A stretch of 64,000 bases of DNA from the human T2T-CHM13v2.0 reference genome, Homo sapiens. Location: assembly GCF_009914755.1 (NCBI RefSeq), contig NC_060926.1. One strand, 5' to 3'. The translations under genes and the position numbers were made by a program. This document shows positions 45,689-60,680 of this stretch, one piece after another; position 1 is the first letter of the stretch; the number at the start of each line of letters is the position of its first letter. The notes beneath the pieces were generated by a model. It made no database searches. It saw nothing but the letters and a program-made list of their open reading frames with translations, and was not told the origin of the DNA.

Positions 45689-46458
45689 AGACACATGAAA
45701 AAATGATCATCATCACTGGCCATCAGAGAAATGCAAATCAAAACCACAATGAGATACCATCTCACACCAGTTACAATGACGATCATTAAAAAGTCAGGAA
45801 CCCACAGGTGCTGGAGAGGATGTGGAGAAATAGGAGTACTTTTACACTGTTGGTGGGACTGTAAACTAGTTCATCCTTTGAGGAAGACAGTATGGTGATT
45901 CCTCAAGGATCTAGAACTAGAAATACCATTTGACCCAGCCATCCCATTACTGGGTATATACCCAAAGGATTATAAATCATGCTGCTCAAAGACACATGCA
46001 CACGTATGTTTATTGCGGCACTATTTACAATAGCAAAGACTTGGAACCAACCCAAATGTCCATCAATGATAGACTAGATTAAGACAATGTGGCACATATA
46101 CACCATGGAATGCTATGCAGCCATGAAAAAGGATGAGTTCATGTCCTTTGTAGGGACATGGATGAAGCTGGAAACCATCATTCTGAGCAAACGGTCACAA
46201 GGACAGAAAACCAAACACCACATATTCTCACTCATGGGTGGAAATTGAATAATGAGAACACTTGGACACAGGATGGGGAACATCACACACTGGGGCCTGT
46301 CGTGGGGTGGAGGAAGGGGGGAGGGATAGCATTAGGAGATATACCTAATGTAAATGATGAGTTAATGGGTGCAGCACACCAACATGGCACGTGTATACAC
46401 ATGTAACAAACCCACACATTGTGCACATGTACCCTAGAACTTACAGTATAATAATAAT
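45689..46458 (+). mobile_element. L1PA 3' end (about 770 bp)
   Basis: ORF2 C-terminus plus 3'UTR; perfect TSD aaagagtaatgtatggc on both sides. Confidence 0.95.
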
Positions 46459-46822
46459 AAAGAGTAATGTATGGCTTGAAAAGGTATATTTAATAGAACA
46501 TGAGTTGGAGCTAATAAAAAGCTTAAGAAATGTTAATCTAAAATCTCAATGTTAAGATTCCAGTTGAATTATACTAGAAAATATATTGTAACCCTCTTTG
46601 CTACTGATGACCTATTTCTATTTTATTTCCTTTTTAATTATGGCATAATTTCTCAACATAACATATCAAAACTTATACACCCTTAAATATTAAAAAATAC
46701 AATGTAAGCAATATTTTAAATACAATATTTAATTATTAGATACATTAGGTTTATTATATTACTTATAACATTCCATTATATAAAAATTCATTTGTCTATT
46801 TATTCAGATTAAACAACTATTA

Positions 46823-47120
46823 AGGCTGAATGTCTTATGCCTGTAACCCAGCACTTTGAGAGGCTGAGGCAGGCAGAACACTTGAGCCCAACAGTTAAAG
46901 ACCAGCCTGGGCAACAAGGCAAAACCCTGTCTCTACAAAACTCAGCTGAGCATGGTGACACAGGTCTATGGTGACATAGCTCTATTGTTTCAACTACTGG
47001 GATGGCTGAGGTGTGAGGATCACCTGAGCCCAGGAAATGGAGATCGGAGTGAGCCAAGATCTCACCAGTGCCCTCCAGCCTGGGGGACAGAATGAAACCC
47101 CATCTCAAAAAACAACAAGT
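46823..47120 (+). mobile_element. AluJ-like
   Basis: Diverged Alu dimer. Confidence 0.85.
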
Positions 47121-47277
47121 AAAATGCTTCTTACATGGAAGAATGTATTCTAGGTACTCCAGGATACACACAAATATGTTTACTGACCTCCAGTAGCTTA
47201 TGGTATGCAGGAGCTTCCAATGATTATTTAAACAACTAAATAGAAAACCTTCTGAAATTCAAAATTTCAGAATATGA

Positions 47278-47641
<364 letters not shown>

Positions 47642-48585
47642 TGAAATAAATATTTTAAATAAACTACAATGACAAAATTATGATGATAAAGTCTTACCAT
47701 CCGTTGGTATTAAGAGTCTCTGCTTCTAGAACTGGTTATTTGCAGCAAAATACATGTTATTCAATTAGATGAAGTGCCTTATATAAACTCTTCATGGACA
47801 ACTCATAAACCACACAAAAATTCCTTTGCAATACACATTTTGAGAACATAAATTTAAATTTCTATATTTCCACAATTTATATTTTTAAATCAGATACGAT
47901 GTTGCCCAGGCTGTTCTCAAACTCCTGGGTTCAAGCAATCTTCCTGCCTCAAATTCCCAAGTAGCAGGGACTACAGGTGTACACCACCACACTCAGTTAT
48001 TTTTCTACAATTTTTAATTTTTTTTGTCTCACTACAGAACCAATAATATAAGTAGAAAAACAATCTCTCATAAAAACAATAGGATACCAAAATAATAAGT
48101 TTCCAAGATCAAAAGCTATATGCTATGTGCTGAATATTTTTGCCACTAAAAATCACCAGGAGGATCCCATGATTACTGCAAATAATTTGATCCACTGAAG
48201 ATTTATACAGGCATAAATATTAAGAAAGTCACACTCGTATGATTTAAAAGTCAAAGTATTAGTATTTATCCAAATAAACCTTAACCAAATTTCACATTTC
48301 CTCTATTGGAGAAAGCATTTCCTAATGTGATTTTCCTGTCACTACTAATTTTCCAATTCATTTTTTTTCAGCTCCCACCCTGTCACAGTACTTATCAATC
48401 TTTGTTAGTTACCAAAGTTAAACACATTTTTTGAATCAACTAGCCATATGTATGTTTTTCTCTGACCAACTTTCCATTACCACCATAAAACAATGATAGG
48501 TAAACCACTGCTAAACTTGAAAAGTAAATACTCTGCAAAAGTACATTCAGAGTGAGAAAATTAATTTTACAAGAGACCACTTTAC

Positions 48586-48655
48586 CTTAGTAGCAACACT
48601 CAAGTCTTTGTCATCCGATGCAGGCAATGAATCCACACGCAGTTCATGGAAAATG
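48586..48655 (-). CDS. ANKRD20A: Exon (70 nt): IFHELRVDSLPASDDKDLSVATK
   Basis: ctctcaag|C...AAG|gtaaag; phase 2 to 0. Confidence 0.88.
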
Positions 48656-51338
48656 CTTGAGAGCGAAAATACACAACGAAAATGAGCAAGTTGATTTCTT
48701 TACAATTTTTTTAACTGCCAGTTTATATCCAGCTTCCCCCTCAAAAAAGGAAACCATAATCTTGGGAAAGGTCAGCAATCTATATATTAAATAGTGATTC
48801 TTGATATAATTAAAATATGTCCTCTGTTCTAAAAATAGATTTTAGTTACCTATTTCTGCCTCCACCTGTCTAAATCTATAAAATATTCAATGAAAACTAA
48901 CTTTGAGCTTTATAACAAATAGTGACAGTCAATAAATTGGCAGAGCCTGACAATGATTTGCCCTCACAAATTATCTGTCCTGAAGCTAAACTTAAAATTC
49001 AATTAATGGATGACATAAATTTTGTTACCTAAACTGGAAGAAAACTGATGACCTAAAACAAGGTAGAAAGATCCACTGTCTCTTTTCCATGATCTGTCTC
49101 TGGATAAAAGACTAATCTGCATCACTTCAGAATGGCAGTCTTGATTCCTCAGCATGGAACCCACTTAGGAAGGTCCTATTGCTTTCCTTTGCCCTAAATC
49201 AGTACAGGAAAGCCCCTACAATATTTGAAATGTATGAAAGCTAAATGTACAGAAGTCAAATAACAAAGGTGTATGTTCTTATTGAGAATACTTTTCCCAG
49301 AAAGATTGAAATATTAACAATTATAAAATCCCATTATTTTCACCCTATAGGTCCTACCTTATTCAGGTCCACATAAACTAGCAAGCCCTTAAAACTCTTC
49401 ATAGGCACTCAGACACCCAAGGAGAGAGACTGCCAGAAAAAAACAGAGTCCTGGTAGTTGCACCTCTATTTCCCTAAGTACTCTCTAAGTATCTGTCTTC
49501 CTATGGGCTCCCACTTCCAGATTCCACTTCTGCAGGGCTCCACAGAAGTCTTCAATCTTTAAATCTTCAGTCTATGAAAGCACAGATTCCTGAAAGGATG
49601 GCCTCAAATGACCAGGAGTAGGAGCTCTCTATATCCCTGCTCCTGAAAAACAAGCTAACTGGAGTCTCCATCACCTGCCCCCAGCTAGACACACTACCAA
49701 CTACCCAACTGAACTCCATGACTGATTTGCCAGCCAGTCATGCCCCTGACCCAGCCCACATGGACATGGGAAGGACATCAGTGAATCGGGAAAAGAGGCA
49801 GAGGTGAGGAGACACTTGTACTGGGCCACAGATCTATGTAGTTCAGCAATCTCCAGCCCCTCACTACTCCAGGGGCTCTAAGCCACCCCTTTGTAAGTCA
49901 GGATGGAAATAGATGACACCACATTTCTATCTGCTGCAGACGCTCCTCCCAGTGTCTCAAAATGTTTTAGCATCTTTCAGTAAAAATCTTCAAGTTTGTC
50001 AGTCCTTGATTTAAAAAAAAGCAGCAAACTTTTTAGAGCTCCCTTGAACCTTCTATTTTAATATGCCTTTGTAGATAATTCCCAACATCTTGTGTCCTTC
50101 ATTTTTATAATTTATCTTTATCAAACTTGTCATAAACCCCAATATTTTGATCTCTTATAGAAGAGTCTGTACTCCTATCCAATCCAGTGTTGTTTATCTT
50201 CAAACTTGGACTTCCCCTGCTCATTCCATTCTTATCTACTTCCATTGGGTTCACCAGCTAATTCCATTCTCATTCTACCCACAGACTCACTCCCGTTTGT
50301 ATTATTAAAACACACGCCAATAGGATATAAAAAGAAGCAAGAGTACTGGGCTTTAACATGAGTTCAAATCTCATTTCTGCCAATTCCTATGTCTAAAAAA
50401 AAGCATCCTAATCTCTTTGAGCCTCACATTCTCTATCTAGAGAATCATTTGACCAGAATGTTCAACACAGGTAAAAATACTAGAAGGTATTTTAATTCAT
50501 TCCAAGATTCCTTAAAATTCTGTAATTCTATGTCCTCTTGATACTATCTATAGAAAAACTTAGAATACATAGCTAGCAGAGTTTGAAAAAATAATAGAAC
50601 AAAAGAAATACCAAGAAAAGCAGAGAAGAAAGTTTTAAAAAATGCAGACAAGATTATAGAAAAGTCATGGAAAAAGCAACAAGACTAAAAAATGTATTAT
50701 GGAAGTAAGCAGAAATACTTGCCTAAATGGAAAACCAAACTGGGAAGTCAAATAATTTGTCTCTAAGACTTGCCTAAACTTGCTTTTGTAAAACTTACAC
50801 CCCTATGGCCAAAGCTAAGTAAGATCTGCCCTAGAGCCTTTGATGGTAAAAATAAGATACTGGTTACCACTGAAATTGTCAAATTTATTAGGACAAACTC
50901 TTGGACTAACCACATTCTAATGATAAATGAGAGTTCAAGGTATTTAAACTCTCATTAATTTAGACATTAATCAAATTAATGAATCTGACTAATCTGATTC
51001 AGACCTATACCTTGATCCAAGGGCTGCACAGATATCTGTCAATCTATGCTGAGGAGCAAGAGACAGAATTTGGAAGGTAGGCAGGCTGATGGTCAAACTG
51101 TAGGCCAGCTACTTTGTTAACTATGGGATCATGAGGCAATTAATCAGCTCTAATCCATAGTTGTTTATTTAATAAACAGCAGGTTATAGGAAGACAGATG
51201 TTGTGATGGCTTTATGAGATGATAAATGCATAGAACATATTAGGATGTCTAGCCCACAATACAACACTCAACAGATATTCGTTTCTTCCATCTATATTTT
51301 CTTAGTTAACATAATTTTTTAAATCTATAAAATCCTAC

Positions 51339-51369
51339 CTGACTGCAGATTCATCAGAACTTCCAACAT
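51339..51369 (-). CDS. ANKRD20A: Micro-exon (31 nt): (D)VGSSDESAV(S)
   Basis: ttaatag|ATG...CAG|gtagga; keeps the frame between flanking exons. Confidence 0.85.
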
Positions 51370-51954
51370 CTATTAAAGAAAAAGGTAAAACGCACTTTAA
51401 ATCAATAATAAATGTACAGAATATTAAAAGCATAAGTATGCACAGTGATGCATCCCTCTAATCCAAACTACTTGGGAGGCTGAGGCAGGAGGATCACTTG
51501 AGGAGCCCAGAAGTTTGAGACCAGCTTGGGAAACATAGTAAGACTCTACCTTCATAAAAAAATTGTGCACACTTGTATGTATGCTTTAGATCCTGTTTTT
51601 TGTTGTTGTTGTTTTGGTTTGGTTTGGTTTTTTAAAGCATAAGACTGATGCTTTGTTACAAAGCATTCCTTTGGGAGCATGCCTGGGACCTTATTAGAAT
51701 TAACATTCATTATACATATTGGTAGGTAGTTAATGCAGTAAGAACTCTTCCCTTTGTATTTATTAGATGCAAAGAAGAATAAATTTATTAAAATTTGGTA
51801 TCTACAAGTGAACTGAAGTATGCAAGTCATCCTAGCCAAACCCTATGAGATCGAGTAAAAATGGTATTGTTAGCAGAACAGGTGTGATGAGTCAAAAGTG
51901 TCAAAGAGCATGATTTCTGGACCACAATATGAGGTGCCATTAAAACAGAGTATA

Positions 51955-52297
51955 CAGTAGTATCCCTTATCCACTATATGTGCAGAAAGACACACTTGAC
52001 ACGTTTTTCTCTGCTGTCACACCACAGCAACAATCATCAACAAAGAAGGCTTCTGTGACCAAATATGTGGAGGGTTTTTCCCCACCAACAAGCAAGCAAT
52101 CATTCCTGCTGATGACACAATTCAATTCTCACACCCTATCTGCTGGTAACATCAGATTCAATTTAATTTATAAATTAAACTTTAGCATAGATATGTATGT
52201 ATAGGGAAAAACAGTTTGTGATTCAGTACTATTCATGGTTTCATGCATCCACTGGGGGTCTCGGAATGTATCTCCCACAGTTAAGGGGGAGCTACTG
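51955..52297. mobile_element. Tigger-derived MITE (MER44-like), probably with an inserted LTR fragment
   Basis: TIR-like ends cagtagtatcccttatcc ... taagggggagctactg. Confidence 0.6.
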
Positions 52298-53783
52298 CAC
52301 TTATTTTGTTATAACACAACACAGCCTCTCTAGCTCTTCAGTTCAAACTGCTCAGTTTAGAATAAAACACCCTATCACCAGAAGTCAGCAAAACATAGGA
52401 ATCAGACCAGAAACAGGAATCCTTGCAAAGACTTTCCAGCTGCTACTGGAAAAGAGCTCAAAAGAGATCAATGTATTACTCTGGCTACTACTCTTTGGGG
52501 ACGGTGCTGGGTGGTTTACTTAGTTGTAGCTATTTGCTCTGCCCTACATATAGCAAGGCCCAAATTCACCTGCCATTTTACCTCCCACAGAAAAACCGCT
52601 GGAAATATCACTCCTTTAAGAGCTTATCCGCTAGGAACCACACCTCACATTCAGAGAGAAGCTGAAGAAACACCAGGGAGGTGTGGCAGGCTGCTGGGCA
52701 GTACTATATGATGTGAAAAATATATAGAAAGAAAACCATCAATGCCCTTTTACTACCAGAATGTTCCAGTGCTTGCCCTTCTCCCTAGTAGGGGAAAAAA
52801 ATTCTTTTTCACCTCACAGAAAGCAAAACTCTCTTGCAATCCCTCATGACAGAATCTAGTTGTAAGTGAGTCACATCATCATAATACAGGCTGTTATCAA
52901 CCCCATCAGTCAAAGGAAGAGGATCAGTGAGGAACATATGTATTTACCTATAGCATTCACTGCCTGGTCTTATTTCCAACCGAAGGTAAGTATGAAAGAC
53001 TTTGTGATTCCAGTTTTATAAAGTACAACCCCTTGCACTTGTCCCCTTCCATTACTAGAGAGTCTATCTGGACCCACCTCACAGAGCAAGATGCTCCAGT
53101 TTGTGCTGTGTGGTACAGCACGGTGTCCTTTTCCTCAACCCTTTCTATTATGTGCCACATATCTATACAAATCACGTTTTCTAAGTATGTAAAGCATATG
53201 TCATCAGAATATATCATTCTTTACAATGATAAAGAAGCAAAAGGAAAACAAAAGGACAAAGAACATCTTAAATGACTACATTCAACTGCCACGGAGCTTT
53301 AATTTTTTAACTATTCAAAAAGATATCCACTGTATTATTCCAACTATGTGACTCTTCTGAAAAAAGTGAAACTATGAAGACAGAGTAAACATCAATGGTT
53401 GCCACGAGTTGCTAGGGAGAAAGGGAGAGATGAACACGCATAGCATAGAGAACTTTTAGGGCTGTGAAACTGTTATGTCGATAATATTACAGTAATAGAT
53501 ACATGTCATGTCATTATACATTTGTCCAAATTCACAGAATGTACAGCATCAAGAGTGAAGCCTGATGTAAACTATGAACTTTGAATGATTATAATGTGTC
53601 AATGTAAGTTCATCAGTTCTAACAAATGTACCACTCTCTGGTGGAAAATAGTAATAATGGGGGAGCCTATGCGTGTGTGGGAGGCATGGGATATATGAGA
53701 AATCTCTGTACCTTCCTCTCAATTTTGCTGTGAACCTAAAACTGCTCTAAGAAATAAGGTTATTGATTTAAAAAAGATATTCA

Positions 53784-54078
53784 GCTGGGCTCAGTGGCTC
53801 ATGCCTGTAATCTCAGCACTTTGGGAGGCAAAGGTGGGTGGATCACCTGAGGTCAGGAGTTCAAGACCGGCCTGGCCAACATGGCAAAACTTCATCTCTA
53901 ATAAAAAATACAAAAATTAGTTGGGCATGGTGGCTGGCACCTGTAATTTCAGCTACTCAGGAGGCTGAGGCAGGAGAATCACTTGCGCCTAGAAGGCGGA
54001 GGTTGCAGTTAACTGAGATCGCACCACTGCACTGCAGCCTGGGAGACAGAGTGAGACTCCATCTCAAAAAACAAAAAA
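53784..54078 (+). mobile_element. Alu
   Basis: Alu dimer; TSD aaaaagatattca. Confidence 0.94.
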
Positions 54079-54123
54079 GATATTCACTGTCTATGCATCC
54101 CAGGATCTCCAGAACAACAATTA

Positions 54124-54450
<327 letters not shown>

Positions 54451-55005
54451 AAAGATATTCACTGAACCTGTTACTATGATATATTTAAGCAAGACACGGT
54501 GTCCCTAAAAATTAGAGATCATTGAAGACCAAAGTAACAACATGTGGTCATTACTTCTCAAATTGAGCTATATAAAATATATAAAATAAATAAATTTAAT
54601 TGCATGCTTAGGTAAGAAAATATTGATAAAAATAATTGAATATTTTATCTTATTTCATAATTCTAAACAGGGATTTAGCACAATATGAAAACTAGACTAT
54701 TCATGTAATCAAAATAAAAGACAATTTTTATTCTAATTTTAACTCAGAAATTATTTTGCTCATTTAATTTAACAATTTTACTGAAAGGTTAATGAGATAA
54801 ATAGGACAGATTATAATTACCTAACATTGCTATGGTAACTTATATACAAATAGCTGTTCATCACCAAAAGCCAAAAAAGTAACCAGCACTGCAACTTAAG
54901 ATGGATCATACAACAGAAATTAGTACCAAGTTACCTTATCTTATAATATTATGTTATTAAAATGAAATTTTAAAACAACACCAAAAATTAAGTTGGGGTT
55001 ACAAG

Positions 55006-55553
55006 TGTTGTGCAGAAAAGATTTCATATAGCAGGCAAGAGGCTGCCATCCATCCTTAGAAAGGCCTGCATGCAAGGCTGGCCCTTGGCTGGTGTTTAGG
55101 AAATTGGAAATGGGAGGGTTTCCACCATTCCCTGAGAAGAATGGCTCACTGTGTCTAAAGTGCTTATAGAAACAGTGTATTTACTCTAAACAGCTGCTTT
55201 CCTTGTAAGAGTCTGGAATTTCGGTACATGTGAGGGAGAGTAACCTCCATAGAAAAACTTGGGCACTTAGTCTCTAATGAGACTCTGCTACTGGTAGACA
55301 TCACTGCACATATGTTGTCAAAATGTGAGCCTGGGAGAATTAAGCAGATCCCGGGAACTCCACAGGACAGAACTCCTGGAGGCTTGTGCCTTGTTTCCTC
55401 CAGAATTGACCACATGCACCTTTTTTCTCTACTAATTTTGCTTGTCCCCTTCCTTGTTATCAATTAAAGATCTGAGTATGACTATTTGCTGAGTCCTGTG
55501 AGTCCTTCTAATGAACCACCAAACCTGGGGTGGTCTTGGGAAACCTTGACACA
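55006..55553 (+). mobile_element. Solo LTR (MER21-like, subfamily uncertain)
   Basis: tgttgtgcagaaaag start and ggggtggtcttgggaaaccttgacaca end (TG...CA). Confidence 0.6.
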
Positions 55554-55919
55554 AATTCATTGTGTAAGATTTGTATTAAGTTGATATGATACATGTAACT
55601 GTAATCAGATGGTTATTTCACAGAATAACTTTCCCTAATCTGTTTTTCTTTTCTTTTTTTGCCTTGATATTTGACTTGGAGATTCTTGTATTTCTATATC
55701 TATCCAATTGAATAAAGCCATAGAAGGAATAAATGAAAAAATAATGTCAGAAAATAATGTGAAATAAGCAGCAATCCTCTTTTATCCGAATAAAAAATAG
55801 AGAATCTGGGTGATTGACAATATGTTCTACAATATGAATGTTTCTAGAAACAAAAATGAAAAAGTGGTCAATTTTCTGCAACTAAACTGGGCTTCATTCC
55901 TTTTTATAATAATTTTGAA

Positions 55920-56430
55920 GGCCAAGTGCAGTGGCTCACACTTGTAAATCCAAGCATTTTGGGAGGTTGAGGCAGGAGGATCACTTGAGCCCAGAAGTTC
56001 CAGACCAGCCTCGGCAATATAGTGAGACCTCATCTATTAAACAAACAAACAAACAAACAAAAAAACCCTTAAAAAGAAAATTAGCCAAGTGTGGTAGTGC
56101 ATGCCTGTAGTCCCAGCTACTTGGGAGGCTAAGGTGAAAGGATCATTTAAGGCCAGCAAGCAGAAGTTGCAGTGAGCCAAGATGGCACCACTGCACACCA
56201 GTACTGACAACAGAGGTAGACCCTGTATTAAAAATAAATAAACAAATAAATAATTGTGTATCAGGCCAGATGTAACCACACAAAACTGTAGTCCCAGCTA
56301 CTCAGGAGGATGAGGTAGGAGGACTGCTTGAGCCCAGGAGTTCAAGGCTACAGTCAGCTATGATTGCACCAATGAATAGACACTGTATTCTAGCCTAGGC
56401 AACATAGAGAGACCCCATCTACTATGATAA
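55920..56430 (+). mobile_element. AluJ-like dimer followed by a right-arm monomer (FRAM-like)
   Basis: Alu homology at about 55920-56250 and 56264-56430. Confidence 0.82.
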
Positions 56431-57034
56431 TAATAATTGATTAATTGTGCATCATTCAAGTAAATTGTATAACTGGAGAAAAACATATGACTATTGAATA
56501 TACTATTATAGTCTACTACAGACCATAGAGTTCCTGTTTACTTGCTTCTAATCTTTTTCTTCATTTCTCATAAAACTAAAAACATGATTTAAACCCATTA
56601 AAGGCAGTTCATCACAAAACAAGTCAAAAAGTCAAAAGAATTGCATCCAAACAGTAGGATGCATTATCCACCGCTCTCTGTGAACAGTTGGATTTGGTCA
56701 TTAAGAATCAGCAGGACTTTTAACTTTGTGTCTGTGTGCACAGGTGTGTGCACATGTGCATGTGTGTATGTGTACGTATGTAAACTATGACAGATAAAAT
56801 CATTTTGCTTGTGTACGAATATGTAATATAACTTGTGCTTCTCACAAAGGAATTGCTTTTCCATCTTCTGTGCTCAGTAGCTATCTTCAAAAAATAATCT
56901 CCTATTTGTATGGGTGCACACTGGTTCAGTTCTACAGTTCTTATTGCCATTTATTTACGGTACCAGAAAGGGATTGCTGAGTTCCCGGTTCTAAAGATAG
57001 TTACTTTCTTAGTGACACAAATCAATATGTAATA

Positions 57035-57458
57035 CAGTTCACCCTTGAACAGCAAGGGTTTCAACTGCAGGGATTCACTTATATGCAGATTTTCTTCTGC
57101 CTCTGCAACAGAGAGACAGCAAGATCCACCTCTCCTCTTCCTCCTCAGCCTAATCAACCTGAAGATCATGAAGACCTTTGTCAGGACTACTTATGCTTTA
57201 TGAAAAGTCAATATGTTTTTCCTGATGATTTCCTTTCTAACAGCTTCATTTCTCTAGCTTATTTTATTGTACGAACACAGTATATAATAATGCAGCACAA
57301 ACAAAATAGGTGTTCATCAACTGTTTATGTTATCAGGAAGGCTTCCAGTCAATTGTGGGCTATTAGTAGCTAAGGTGAAGGAATCAAAAGTTATACTCAG
57401 ATTTTCAACTGCACAGGGATCAGAGTCCCTCACCCCCACATTATTCATGGGTCAACTG
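57035..57458. mobile_element. Tigger2-derived MITE (MER28/Tigger2a-like)
   Basis: TIRs cagttcacccttgaac / ttcatgggtcaactg with TA on both sides. Confidence 0.8.
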
Positions 57459-57905
57459 TAGTTATTTATTTACTAAATATAAACAATTTATTATAAAAAT
57501 GAAATCGAAGATCCATTTGTATAACAAGTCCAATTTGGTATAATGTGACTATAGAGGAAACATACAACATACTAACTTAAAAATCTTTTTTCTTATTTAT
57601 GCAAAAATATTATATAGGATTTTAGGGATCATAATTAAATAAATGAATGTTTTCAGACAATAATGTTTGAGATTATAAATTAGCTACAACTACCTTCTTA
57701 AATAAATCTGAATTTCAAACTAAACAAGTTAAATTTTAAAAATTAATTTACATATGTATATACATATATACACTTTCAATTTACACATATTTTTAAACTG
57801 GTCTTTTTTGACTGAAACTACCTTAATCTTACATCTTACTTTGTACTTTCTTATCAAGAGTAGGACCACCAAGAGAAGTAAGAAATTCACAATCAGAAGT
57901 CTTAC

Positions 57906-57961
57906 CTGATTTCTCCTTTTTAAGTATCTTCTGTTTATGTTCCAAAATTTGTTGTTGAATT
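57906..57961 (-). CDS. ANKRD20A: Exon (56 nt): IQQQILEHKQKILKKEKS
   Basis: cgtag|A...CAG|gtaag; peptide lies inside ORF 57829..58056. Confidence 0.9.
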
Positions 57962-59059
57962 CTACGTATACAAAAGTAATAAATAAAATTGCTATTTTTA
58001 TACTGAAATAAAAAATATTTACCAAACATATTAAATTCCAAAACCCTTTCAGGCAATATCAGACCTAATATCAGAATTTTAATGTCCCATACACTTCAAA
58101 TTTGTAAACCTTACAAGCTTATTAAGCTTATAATTAAAGAAGAAAAGAAAGTGAAGTACTCATAAATGGAGGAAGCACAGCTCAGTAAATGAACTCTAGT
58201 TAGCTGGATATCATGCAAAGTGTCCTGCACTCAGAGTAAGTCCTCGCTCTGTAACCAAAATACCTCGCTCTGTAGGTATTTTGTCTTCAGACAAGTTGCT
58301 TCTCTTAGGCTTCTTCTAAAAAATAAGGATTCTGCTACCTTACTTCACTAAGTTGTTTGGAAGATGTAATGAGATTACATGTTTAAATGTTCAGAGAAAT
58401 AGTAAAGCAATGGAATAATTTATTCTTGAACTTTATTGCTGAAACCATTTTGGAATCCCAAATAATGCTCGGTGTGTGTTTTTCTGTAAGTTCTAATATT
58501 CAAATGTTGCAGTTTTCAGAAAATGTTATTAAGTGCTAATTTTGGTTATTACTTGTATTCATTGTGGCTTGTAATTCAGGGCATTTTACCTAATTCATAA
58601 CTTATTACTAAATTTATATATATATATAAATTTAGTGAGCTCATCACTGAGCTCATCAATCACACCAAGGGCAGAAAACTAATAGGTGTCAAAACCTGGC
58701 TTGGACAACTACCACTCCTTCTCTACCTCCCCAAACTCTGAGCCAGCAGATCTGTGCTTGGCTGCTGGATCTCCATGGTCCTCTCCAACTAACAGACAAG
58801 ACAAAACCCTGCTTTGATTGTTTTTCAGTTCCATGAAGGAAATGCAAGTTGACATTTTCTCATTTCCAAGACATGTACTAACAACATGTAACATCCCCTT
58901 ATTACTCAGCTCTGTTCCCATTTCAGAGATCACCATACATCAATAGTTTCATAGCGATAATCACAATTTCAATATTGCGTGTCACCTGTTTTGGTTTTGC
59001 TCACACTGCTTCCTTGGAGCTACTCAACAAATAGTCAAATGGCCTTCCTGGGACTATGT

Positions 59060-59165
59060 AAAATATGGAATGTTTTCTGAATTTGTGTGCCATCCCTAGG
59101 CAGTAGCCATGCTTATCTGCTCTGTATTGATCCAATTTTAAAATATGTGCTGTTGAAATAAGTAC
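59060..59165 (-). pseudogene. U6 snRNA retro-pseudogene, full length, diverged
   Basis: Ungapped hand alignment to U6 over 106 nt with about 24 mismatches; ACAGAGA box reads ACAGAGC. Confidence 0.92.
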
Positions 59166-60108
59166 AAAGCCCTGTTTGATACATGGATACTCATGAGTCA
59201 TGGATGAGGCTTAGCTCTATTAAATCCAACTCACTTACTTCAGATTCAGAGAATTTTATTGAATGGCTTCCTGTGAGGTAGAATTTTAAAATATATTTAA
59301 AACTTGAGGAAGAGCTGCAAGTAGCCCAGGAGATTTTCATGATTATAGAGACACATTACTTGAGGGGCCAACTGCAAGCTGGTTCCCACTACTCAGTGGA
59401 AAGATAACATGGAACATTCCGCTATCTAACCAAAGCTGCTGCACAGGATATAAAAAAGCCTCAAGGTACAGATCTGATAGCAAAAGAGACAGGGAACTCT
59501 GATCTCTTCCTGCAACATTATTTGAACATCCCTGACTATTGAGAACAATCCCAACTAATATTGGTTAAAGGAAAGACAAACATGGCTCTCAAAGGATAAC
59601 ATACCATGAAGGCCTAGGCAAAGTCTAGCTAAGACGTGGGCTCCAAATAAGGTTTTTAGTGTACGGTGAGCATCAACTTGCTCAATACTTGTGTGGATAA
59701 AGCTAGGAGGCCTAGCTGCCAGAGCAGGGTGCTGGGAACAATGACCGAGCACAAGTACATAAACTAATAAACACCGTAGCTTTGACCTCTATATATGAAT
59801 CACCATGAAAACTGAGGGGTCTGAATCAGTGAAGGCATCCTGGTGGCAAAGGTCAATCATTATCAGATTGCAGGACCGGTTATAATGGCAATAATACAGC
59901 AAGTGAGTCCATGGAAACAACAGAATGATCAGAATGGCCTTTTTTCCCCTTCTTCTGACTTGTGAAGAAAGATTGCCTTCCTTGGACTTAGGAAACCCCT
60001 TAGCTTCTTGGAAAATTCAAAGAAGGAAGACACAGGAGAGAGCCCCAGGGGACAAGATTTTCTGTTAAACTGGACATTACAAGACTCAATAACTAATTAG
60101 AAAAGTCA

Positions 60109-60250
60109 GGCCAGGCATGGTGGCTAGCACTTTCAGAGGCCGAGGCAGGGGGATTACTTGACCTCAAAAGTTCAAGACCAGCCAGGGCAACAGAGTGAGA
60201 CCTTGTCTCTACAAAAAAAAAAAAAAAAAAAGGAAAGGAAAGGAAAAGAA
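60109..60250 (+). mobile_element. Alu monomer (FLAM-like)
   Basis: Left-arm-only Alu followed by an A/GGAAA tail. Confidence 0.8.
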
Positions 60251-60542
60251 ATCAAAGACATGGCTCCTTTTATCCCATGCATGGGGATTATACTTAGAAT
60301 AAAATGAATAACATTGAGATCCCTAGGGATAAAGGTCTCAAAAATCCAGAAAAAATCTTGCACTCTACTTCTAACTAATCTAGACTTCTGCTTGATTTCT
60401 GGCTAAAAGGTAGACTAACTCTTCGCTATTTCAAACTATCTGAACCAAACTGTGAACTCTCACCTAATGTATAAGATGGAGTAGTTGCAATTATTTTAAA
60501 CTTCAATTTAGCATTAACTGGCCTTTTAACATAAACACTTAC

Positions 60543-60680
60543 TTTGTCAAATGATGAGAAATAGCGTAATCTTCTGCATCTCGTCCACACATGTCTTGAG
60601 CGAAGACATCAATATTTTGCTTAAGAAGGATACTGACAATACCTGGTGAGTCATAGTATACAGCAAGCATGAGAGCTGAC
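60543..60680 (-). CDS. ANKRD20A: Exon (138 nt), ankyrin repeat: SALMLAVYYDSPGIVSILLKQNIDVFAQDMCGRDAEDYAISHHLT
   Basis: ttttag|G...AAA|gtaagt; in phase with neighbouring exons, no stop. Confidence 0.93.
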
